38,986 bases of DNA from a virus. Of the stretch, positions 14,259 to 20,760 are shown in pieces. The notes beneath the pieces were generated by a model. It was not told the DNA's origin. It did no database searches and saw nothing but the letters and a program-made list of their open reading frames with translations. Both the position numbers and the translations under genes were made by a program. Each line of letters opens with the position of its first letter. The first letter of the stretch is position 1. The stretch spans positions 1-38,986 of IMG/VR virus record IMGVR_UViG_3300031084_000004; one strand, written 5' to 3'.

Positions 14259-14688
14259 ACTGGAAGAAGCAATCATCCTCGCAACACAGGCCCACGCCGG
14301 TCAGGTCGACAAGGGCGGCGCGCCATACATCTTCCATCCGCTCCGGGTGATGATGGCGATGACCAGCGAACAGGATCGCATTGTCGCGGTGCTGCACGAT
14401 GTGGTCGAGGACAGCGATTATGAGCTGACTAACATTGCCAGCCAATTCGGCGTGGCTGTGTACGATGCTGTCGACGCGCTGACCCGGCGTGATGGCGAGA
14501 CGTACGAGGCTTTCGTCGAGCGGTGCTCCAAGAACACAACCGCCCGGCGCGTGAAGCTCGCGGATCTGGCGGATAATATGGACCTGAAACGCTTGGGCCG
14601 TGACCCCACGGCAGAGGATGCGCGCCGGTTCCACCGCTACAACAGCGCGCGGGCGTATCTGACGACATTTGGAGACGACCATGACTGA
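14251..14688 (+). CDS. HD-domain small alarmone hydrolase (RelA/SpoT-homologue hydrolase-only protein)
   Basis: ATG 14251 (AGGAG 9 nt upstream). ILATQAHAGQVDKGGAPYIFHPLRV, AVLHDVVEDS and VKLADLADNM are the H / HD / ED / (A)D..N motifs of the (p)ppGpp hydrolase domain. 145 aa, with no synthetase domain. Confidence 0.7.
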   Translation: MGKLEEAIILATQAHAGQVDKGGAPYIFHPLRVMMAMTSEQDRIVAVLHDVVEDSDYELTNIASQFGVAVYDAVDALTRRDGETYEAFVERCSKNTTARRVKLADLADNMDLKRLGRDPTAEDARRFHRYNSARAYLTTFGDDHD

Positions 14689-14860
14689 CTTGCTGACCCT
14701 GACCCGCTTCGCGATCGGCCGGGCGCTGGTTCATGCTGGTCTATCCGTGATGCCAGCCGGTCGCGTGCGATCCGAGCTTTCCCAGCTTTACGAGGTCTGG
14801 GCTACTCGCGCTCGGGACCGTGCCATCAAGCCTTACCCTCACCCCCTGGATATGGAGTGA
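14681..14860 (+). CDS. Hypothetical protein (59 aa)
   Basis: ATG 14681 with GGAG upstream; overlaps the hydrolase stop by 8 nt. Confidence 0.45.
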   Translation: MTDLLTLTRFAIGRALVHAGLSVMPAGRVRSELSQLYEVWATRARDRAIKPYPHPLDME

Positions 14861-15249
14861 CCATGACTGACTTGCTGGAACTCGCTGCCAGGGTCGAGGG
14901 GCTGACCGGGCCGGATCGGGAGGTGGATGCGCTGGTATGGCTGCATCTGCCCGAGCAGGCTGGCCATGCGTGGAAGCACGATGGAAACAAGAAGGCACAC
15001 GCCCGCCAAATTGCTGGTGTGCCCTTCGTCCCCGTGTATACGGCTTCGGTCGACCATGCCCTCAAGCTGGTGCCGAATGGTGCGTGGGCAGAGGGTTCGC
15101 TTGGATCGCACGTTGATCGGCGTTCATCGCTGGAGATCCATAAGCCCTGCACATATGATCCCATCGGGCGCGCTACCGCAGCCACCCCAGCCCTAGCTCT
15201 AGTCTCCGCCTGTCTCCGCGCCCGCGCGCATGGGGGAGGGGAGGGGTGA
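14857..15249 (+). CDS. Hypothetical protein (128-130 aa)
   Basis: GTG 14857 (GTGA overlap) or ATG 14863. Begins MTDLLELAARVEGLTGPDREVDALVW. Confidence 0.55.
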   Translation: MTMTDLLELAARVEGLTGPDREVDALVWLHLPEQAGHAWKHDGNKKAHARQIAGVPFVPVYTASVDHALKLVPNGAWAEGSLGSHVDRRSSLEIHKPCTYDPIGRATAATPALALVSACLRARAHGGGEG

Positions 15250-15371
15250 TGCACATTTTCCACCGCTGGTCGAAATGGCGAGACGTGGCGACAGGTGAAA
15301 GCGGCCACGTCCTCCAAGAAAAACGCTGCGCCATCTGCGGAAAGGCAATCAGAGAATGGAGCTGGAAGTGA
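15249..15371 (+). CDS. Small zinc-ribbon-like protein (40 aa, DUF1660-like)
   Basis: Own translation, below the track cutoff: MHIFHRWSKWRDVATGESGHVLQEKRCAICGKAIREWSWK. TGATG overlap with the upstream stop. Confidence 0.45.
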   Translation: MHIFHRWSKWRDVATGESGHVLQEKRCAICGKAIREWSWK

Positions 15372-15703
15372 CCGATAACCCGCTGGTCGAGGCTGTGGCG
15401 CGGGCTGTCGCTGCGTCGGAATGGGAGGCAGGCTATGGCCTAGAAAAGCTGCTATACCGGACAAAAAATGAGGCAGCCGATGCGGCATGGCCTGACTTCT
15501 GTGGTCAAGCCCTCGCCGCCCTCCGCGCGATCGAGGACGCGGGGTGGAAGGTGGTGCCGGTTGAGGCAACGCCGGAAATGGAGATTGCAGCGACCGAGGA
15601 TTGGATGACGATCAGAGCTGCCGAGGATAGGGCAGTAGCAATCTGGTCCGCTATGCTGGCTGCCGCTCCTACCTTTACGAAGGTAGATGACTCTGCTAGA
15701 TAA
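15368..15703 (+). CDS. Hypothetical protein (111 aa)
   Basis: GTG 15368 (GTGA overlap, GGAG 8 nt upstream); ATG 15356 is the alternative. Last gene before the terminator. Confidence 0.5.
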   Translation: MTDNPLVEAVARAVAASEWEAGYGLEKLLYRTKNEAADAAWPDFCGQALAALRAIEDAGWKVVPVEATPEMEIAATEDWMTIRAAEDRAVAIWSAMLAAAPTFTKVDDSAR

Positions 15704-15734
15704 TTGCTGTCAAGACGCAACCTTGGCTGTACTG

Positions 15735-15774
15735 AAACCGCTCGGCAATCCAGACTGTCGGGCGGTTTTTCTTT
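15735..15774 (+). terminator. Rho-independent terminator of the rightward accessory operon
   Basis: AAACCGCTCGGCA-loop-TGTCGGGCGGTTT stem (about 10 bp with 2 mismatches) followed by TTTTTCTTT. Confidence 0.7.
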
Positions 15775-16279
15775 GCATATTGAGGGTGACAACGTAGCGC
15801 CACCCTCCTAGCCCGATGCCGAAGCAGAGCGGGGACCTGAAACTGGAGCGGAGGCGGGGAGTTGCACCCTGCCGTTTCTGTATGGTCGCAGGCCTAGGAA
15901 CCGCTCCCACCATATCCCCGCAATCTCGGGTCCGCATAGGTGCCGGTCTTTCCCGGCTGTCAGGTTTCACAGCAGCACTGGATCGCCTCAGCCGCAAGCT
16001 ATGTCCCAGCCCTTGCGAGGGGCCAAAAAGAGATGAACCACCGTCCATCCCATCCCTCCGCATATCGAAGAGGGGAAGTATGCTGCACCGACCCCTTAGC
16101 ACACCGTTGGCTTAGCTACTTGGTCAGTCGGTCGCCAGTGCAACCCAGCCACTTTACACGACTCGGTCAGAAATGCTAGCGGGGATGCGTCGCTGAAGAG
16201 CGCGGTTTTTGATCGAACCAAGGGCTGCCCGGCTCTCCAACACCTAGGGTCTGGAAGATGGTCCAGACAGTCGGGCAGT

Positions 16280-16453
16280 TCACTCCACCCGCAAATTCAA
16301 CCGCCGCTCCACCTCATCCTGCGCCGCCTGCCGCAGAGCATCGACGGCTACTTGCTTGGTCAGCGGATTCTTGTCCGACGCCACAGCTTTGCCAATCGCG
16401 CGGACGGCGATCTTGAGTGCAAAATTCGCGATTGCGCCGATCGGGAGTTTCAT
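16280..16453 (-). CDS. Small amphipathic protein (57 aa), last gene of the late/lysis operon
   Basis: Own translation: MKLPIGAIANFALKIAVRAIGKAVASDKNPLTKQVAVDALRQAAQDEVERRLNLRVE. ATGA overlap with the upstream stop. Confidence 0.45.
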   Translation of the reverse strand: MKLPIGAIANFALKIAVRAIGKAVASDKNPLTKQVAVDALRQAAQDEVERRLNLRVE

Positions 16454-16701
16454 GGGGTGGTTTCCTTTGGTGCGGATGCTGCGAGCTGATCGGTGAGAGC
16501 GCCGGTCCGCTCGTCAGTCCATGCGGCGCGGATGGTCGTCACGATGTCTTTCGAGAATACCAGCAGACCGCCCGCGATCGTTCCCAAGAGCGTCTGGCTG
16601 TCGCTCGGGATACGGGACGAAATTGCGCCCCATGAGATGCCGCCCAGGATCAGCAGGGCTAGGGCAGCGAGGCCGAATAGAGCGGCGCGGTCGCGGTTCA
16701 T
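16450..16701 (-). CDS. Two-TM membrane protein (83 aa), holin/antiholin or spanin-type lysis accessory candidate
   Basis: Hydrophobic segments AALFGLAALALLILGGISWGAI and LLGTIAGGLLVFS. Directly downstream of the endolysin. Confidence 0.45.
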   Translation of the reverse strand: MNRDRAALFGLAALALLILGGISWGAISSRIPSDSQTLLGTIAGGLLVFSKDIVTTIRAAWTDERTGALTDQLAASAPKETTP

Positions 16702-17288
16702 GCTGCCATCTCCCCCGTCTTACCTTGGAGCCACGTCAGGAATTGCGCCACGGTTTTTCCACGCAGGATCGACGGGTTAGCTTGGGTCGCGGCATCACCC
16801 GCCAGCAAGTCAGCTCGCGCACCCTTGTCTGCACCGATCACTTTCGCGGCGGTCTGCGGCCCGAAGAAATGGGCGGCGTAGAGCGATGCTTTGTTGATCG
16901 GAATGCCTTGGCGCGCGAGATAGGCTGCATTCTTCTCAGTGAAGGTCAGAGCGCGTGCCGTCTGCTCCTCCGGCGTCGGCTTCAACCCACCGAACGCCTG
17001 CGATGCGTCTACACCCCATTTGCCGCCCTCGCCAAGCCATGTCGACTTGATGAACTGGTACAGGCCTGAGGCGCTGGATGTCGGCGCTTTGACATACGGA
17101 CGATTGCCGCTCTCGATCTTCGCTAGCATAGGCCAATAATCGTCGGGGATTTTCGGCTGAGCATCCATTCTCTGCATCTCAAAGCTGTCCGCCAGCGCGT
17201 CAATGACCTGCACATGGCTGGCGAGAAATTTGCGGTCAGGCGCGAATGGCCGGATCGCGTCGAACAGGGCGGTGCGGCGGTCGGTCAT
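16698..17288 (-). CDS. Endolysin, SLT/lytic-transglycosylase-like
   Basis: ATG 17288 (ATGA overlap). MLAKIESGNRPYVKAPTSSASGLYQFIKSTW fits the catalytic E-S ... GLxQ motif of SLT-type muramidases. Confidence 0.7.
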   Translation of the reverse strand: MTDRRTALFDAIRPFAPDRKFLASHVQVIDALADSFEMQRMDAQPKIPDDYWPMLAKIESGNRPYVKAPTSSASGLYQFIKSTWLGEGGKWGVDASQAFGGLKPTPEEQTARALTFTEKNAAYLARQGIPINKASLYAAHFFGPQTAAKVIGADKGARADLLAGDAATQANPSILRGKTVAQFLTWLQGKTGEMAA

Positions 17289-17719
17289 TCTCCTACTCCT
17301 GCAATGCGGTCTAGCGATGCGACGGCCGCTGCGACCAGTGGGCTGGCAGGCTGACCATCGACCCGGATGGCGCTGACCTGCACTTGGATGAGTTGCTTCT
17401 TGAGGCTGTCGATCGTCGCCTGTTGCTCTTGCACGCATACGTTCAGACGCTGGACCTCAGCCTGCATCTTCTCTTGTCCCTCCATGCAGGCCTCATGCCT
17501 CGCATCAGCAGCAGCGATCTCGCGCGTGAAGCGGGCCGTCGCGTCCTCAAGAAGCTGGCCCATCCGCTCCTCGACCTTGGACTGACGATTGGCGAGCGCT
17601 TCAAGCACGGCAGGCAAGCCCTTCCACCAGCCAATGAGGCTGATGGCGACCAGCACCCAAATGCCAGCACCACCGGGCGTCCAACCCTTGGAAATGAAGG
17701 GGAGTAATTCCTCCATCAC
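17285..17719 (-). CDS. N-terminal TM plus coiled-coil protein (144 aa), i-spanin-like or holin-associated
   Basis: TM segment GAGIWVLVAISLIGWW followed by a long heptad-like helix (QSKVEERMGQLLEDATARFTREIAAADARHEACMEGQEKMQAEVQRLN). Confidence 0.45.
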   Translation of the reverse strand: MMEELLPFISKGWTPGGAGIWVLVAISLIGWWKGLPAVLEALANRQSKVEERMGQLLEDATARFTREIAAADARHEACMEGQEKMQAEVQRLNVCVQEQQATIDSLKKQLIQVQVSAIRVDGQPASPLVAAAVASLDRIAGVGE

Positions 17720-18238
17720 TTACGGCCGCGTTTTTCCAAATGCTGCGCCAGACGGACGCAGAAGATAGCGGCAAACGCCATAAAGATGAGTGATCCTAAG
17801 CCAGACACCCGGTCCTCCCAAAGCATAGATGCAGGCCAGTTGCGCGAGGAACGTCAGGTCCAGCGCGCGGTTATAGACGCCCCATTCGATCAGCCCGAAA
17901 TCGCGGACGGTGTGGAAGCATTGCTGAATCGCCAGCAGTGAGAAGATTGACCAGCCCCACCAGAAACGGCGGAAAGACCAGTTCAGCCGCCATCCGCTGA
18001 CCAGCACAAAGGCCCCCAGCAGCGCATCGGTAATCGACCACAGGTGCTCGCTCTCCAGCGGCAACCCGATCGACCATAGTATCGATGCAGGGGGCCAAGG
18101 CGACCAGGCAAGAAGATAGAGCGCCCATGCGCCAGCAATAGCCGTCATGATGCTGGCGGCGGCCCTGCGGTGCTTGGGATGAGCGTGCAGGGCGAAGACA
18201 TAAGCCAGCGCCACCAGCGTCATGAACAGCCAGCGCAT
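17720..18238 (-). CDS. Polytopic membrane protein (172 aa, 4-5 TM)
   Basis: ATG 18238. Several Trp-rich hydrophobic helices. Function is open: large holin, or superinfection exclusion. Confidence 0.5.
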   Translation of the reverse strand: MRWLFMTLVALAYVFALHAHPKHRRAAASIMTAIAGAWALYLLAWSPWPPASILWSIGLPLESEHLWSITDALLGAFVLVSGWRLNWSFRRFWWGWSIFSLLAIQQCFHTVRDFGLIEWGVYNRALDLTFLAQLACIYALGGPGVWLRITHLYGVCRYLLRPSGAAFGKTRP

Positions 18239-18239
18239 A

Positions 18240-18434
18240 TTACGGCAGCTTAGGCTTCGGGGGCGGGGTATCACCGCCACCGCCACCACTCAGCGGCTGC
18301 ACGATCGCGTCGTCGTCGCCCGCGTCCAGCACGCCGTCACGGCATTCGTCCCGGAATCGCTCGCGCTTCGCCTCGTCCGTCTCGGTGGCGATTTGCTCCG
18401 CCAGATGCTGGCAGTGTTGCGGGTGGTCCATCAA
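18240..18434 (-). CDS. Hypothetical acidic protein (64 aa)
   Basis: ORF-track ORF. Acidic core and a GGGGGDTPPPKPKLP tail. Confidence 0.4.
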   Translation of the reverse strand: MMDHPQHCQHLAEQIATETDEAKRERFRDECRDGVLDAGDDDAIVQPLSGGGGGDTPPPKPKLP

Positions 18435-18652
18435 TTATCTCCTGCCGGGATAGCGCCCAGCTCCGCATTGATGCGCGCAATGTCCTCGCGCGCTGATATC
18501 ACGCTCCCCATGATCCTGTTGAGGTGAGCGATAATAAAAACTACGTGCTTCTGGCCCTCAGGTGAGGCTTTCACTAGATCTGATATCATAGATTTCGCGA
18601 GACTGTCGATGTCATCCAGTCCAGCGGTTGTTTTTCCGTAGTCGTAGCTCAT
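18431..18652 (-). CDS. Hypothetical protein (73 aa) immediately downstream of the tailspike, low GC
   Basis: ATG 18652 with GAGGAA RBS. The local sequence is visibly AT-richer (e.g. gataataaaaactacg). Confidence 0.5.
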   Translation of the reverse strand: MSYDYGKTTAGLDDIDSLAKSMISDLVKASPEGQKHVVFIIAHLNRIMGSVISAREDIARINAELGAIPAGDN

Positions 18653-18659
18653 AAATTCC

Positions 18660-20597
18660 TCATGTTGACTTGACGACATTGATGACCTGCCAGTTGCTGT
18701 ACAGGTCAAGCCATTTTATTGTAAAGCTGTCACGTGGGTTGAGAAGCAGTTCGCCGTTGATGTACAGATTGCCGCCACTCGCAAGGCGATAGTAGCTTCC
18801 GGTGTGTACGACTAGCGTAACCTCGGAGCCAGGCCCTTGCTGGCCAGTAAAGTTATTTATGCTTTGACGATTGTTAGCGTCGGAGCCACCCTGAATTGCA
18901 GCTGTCGAAAGCCCGCGCAGATCAATACTGAAGCCGGATGGTGACAGTACCACCATAGTGTTCGACGAAACGCCGGTCAGATTGATAGCCGTTCGGTCTG
19001 GAGAAATCTGCTTGAAGGCGTTGGGCATCGCTCCGCCCAACGTCACATAGGACCGATCGCAATAGCCTTCGATCAGGTTGTTGCCCGTCATCAGGCTCGA
19101 TGCCGTGATCATTCGGCAGATAGCGCCCTGACCAGCACTGGTCGCCGAGCCCGCCGCATTCCGCAACTCATTGTTAGTGAACGTGAGAGTCGCAGCTTCC
19201 TGATAGTCGACGCACCGAATGCAATTCTCAAAGTCGCTTTTGTCGATTACCAGCGCGCCGCGATCGAGAAGGACAGCACCGTCCGAGCCCTGCATGGTCG
19301 CGGTTAGGTGAATGGCATAGGGCTGGTTACCGTTGACTGGCGATGCACCAGCCTCATTTTCTGCGGCGCAGATCGGCTCGCCATTGCTCTTACGCCATTC
19401 GCGGCTGACGCAGACATTGTAGCCCGACATGATAGAAGCGCCCGACGATCCGCTGTCAAACTCGCAGGCGTCGCTAAACGTAATCTGTCCAACCTTGCCG
19501 GTGATTGCCCAGCATAGCGACGACGCCGTGGGCCGGAAAAGCTGGGTTCCGCGAAAACTGATGAATTGGTTCACGGCATCATTGTTTGAGTCGGAGCGGC
19601 CACGAAGCCAGATGCCCATACGACCGAAGCCGTAGCCGATGATGTTCTCCATCTCGCCATACCAAGCCCCAGCAGCAGACGTGCCATCAGGGTGGCGCGC
19701 ATAGAAATAGAAGCCAATCTCTCCGGCCCCGCCGTGCCCGAAAACTTGGAAGTTTCGGTTTGCCCAACCCTGAACGACGCCATCCGGGATGGTGAACATC
19801 GGCGCAGTGGAACCGGGATAGTGCGAGATCGCGCTATTGGCCTTGTTCGAGCCGACAAGCTCCAGCGCGTTCGCCATCTCAAAATTCGAAATGCTCACCC
19901 AGCCGGGAGGCCATGCAAGTGGCCGGTTGAGAGCCAGGGCAGCGGCTTTCGCTTGGTCAACTGCCATTTTCTGGTCGCCAGCCGCTTCAGCAGCAGCGCG
20001 CGACGGATACCCGACGACACCATAGCGCTCCATATAGACCGGGTAGCGACGAAGGTCCTGGTCAAGCGACTTGTCGGTGCCGCCCGAAGGAGCAGAAAAC
20101 GCCACCTGTGACACACCCTGCCGCACCAGTGCGCCGGTCGTCAGCGGCACGGCGTCAAGCCTAATAACGTTCACGCCATCAGCCGTGTAGGGCGCGCCTG
20201 CGGTCTGGTACAGGAACGTGCCCGCAGCCGTGCCGCCATCACTGCCGCTCGGGGGGGCGAAGATGTAGCTGGCGTTCGATACCGAGGCGGCTTTCAGTCC
20301 CGCTAGCGTCGTGTAGGTGCTGTTTGCGGGGCCGGTGGGGCCTTCTGGGCCGGTCGCCAGCCCGTCAACGTTACGCAGCCAGCGTCCTACCTGACCCGGT
20401 GTCTTGTCATATGGCCGCAGAACATCCTTGCCGTCATCAGCCTCTACCGAACCAGGATCATACTCGAACAGGCCTTCAAGACCGTTGACGAGGAACAACG
20501 CGCCAAGCGGAAGAAGCGTCGATGGCACTGAGCGTAGATCGTTCGCAGTTTTCACCTGCGCCAGATTGCCAGGAAAGGTTACATTGACAGCAGCCAC
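18660..20597 (-). CDS. Tailspike / receptor-binding protein with beta-helix (depolymerase-like) body
   Basis: 645 aa. The N-terminal ~100 aa carry a short GPEGPTGP collagen-like element. The remainder is Gly/Ser/Asn/Thr-rich with repetitive beta-strand-like segments typical of pectate-lyase-fold tailspikes. Sits at the end of the virion module. Confidence 0.65.
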   Translation of the reverse strand: MAAVNVTFPGNLAQVKTANDLRSVPSTLLPLGALFLVNGLEGLFEYDPGSVEADDGKDVLRPYDKTPGQVGRWLRNVDGLATGPEGPTGPANSTYTTLAGLKAASVSNASYIFAPPSGSDGGTAAGTFLYQTAGAPYTADGVNVIRLDAVPLTTGALVRQGVSQVAFSAPSGGTDKSLDQDLRRYPVYMERYGVVGYPSRAAAEAAGDQKMAVDQAKAAALALNRPLAWPPGWVSISNFEMANALELVGSNKANSAISHYPGSTAPMFTIPDGVVQGWANRNFQVFGHGGAGEIGFYFYARHPDGTSAAGAWYGEMENIIGYGFGRMGIWLRGRSDSNNDAVNQFISFRGTQLFRPTASSLCWAITGKVGQITFSDACEFDSGSSGASIMSGYNVCVSREWRKSNGEPICAAENEAGASPVNGNQPYAIHLTATMQGSDGAVLLDRGALVIDKSDFENCIRCVDYQEAATLTFTNNELRNAAGSATSAGQGAICRMITASSLMTGNNLIEGYCDRSYVTLGGAMPNAFKQISPDRTAINLTGVSSNTMVVLSPSGFSIDLRGLSTAAIQGGSDANNRQSINNFTGQQGPGSEVTLVVHTGSYYRLASGGNLYINGELLLNPRDSFTIKWLDLYSNWQVINVVKST

Positions 20598-20760
20598 CGC
20601 CGGCCCCCTGAAAAAGCATAGGTCAGGAGCTATTTTAGGCGATTGGCTGCTGTGCTATAGCAACGTCATGTCCAACTCTCTACACATCGCGATCGTATCT
20701 GCGCTCAGTGTCGCTTTTACGACCAGCATCCGGGCTTCGCGACCTTGGCGAAGGCGCAAA

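Noticed and set aside
15845-15912. tRNA-like fold: a 7-bp closing stem, an internal 7-nt loop hairpin, and CACCA after the stem.
   Set aside because: It is only 63 nt between the stem ends. It has no D arm, no GTTCGAATC-type T loop, and the 3' end is not N-CCA in register. It is kept only as part of the structured-gap finding.
15710-16179. Track ORFs 15710..16102(-), 15816..16115(+) and 15940..16179(+) as real genes in the convergent gap.
   Set aside because: They have no Shine-Dalgarno, implausible Arg/Ser/Pro-rich products and weak third-position GC bias compared with neighbouring genes.
16201-16215. gagcgcggttttt as a second plus-strand terminator.
   Set aside because: It has only a 4-bp stem (CGCT/AGCG), and no upstream plus-strand gene needs it.
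17443-17673. Embedded out-of-frame ORF inside the TM plus coiled-coil gene, as a possible Rz1-like o-spanin (contains LAFGC).
   Set aside because: AFGC is a poor lipobox. The rest is Arg-rich off-frame-type sequence rather than the Pro-rich short lipoprotein expected. There is no RBS.
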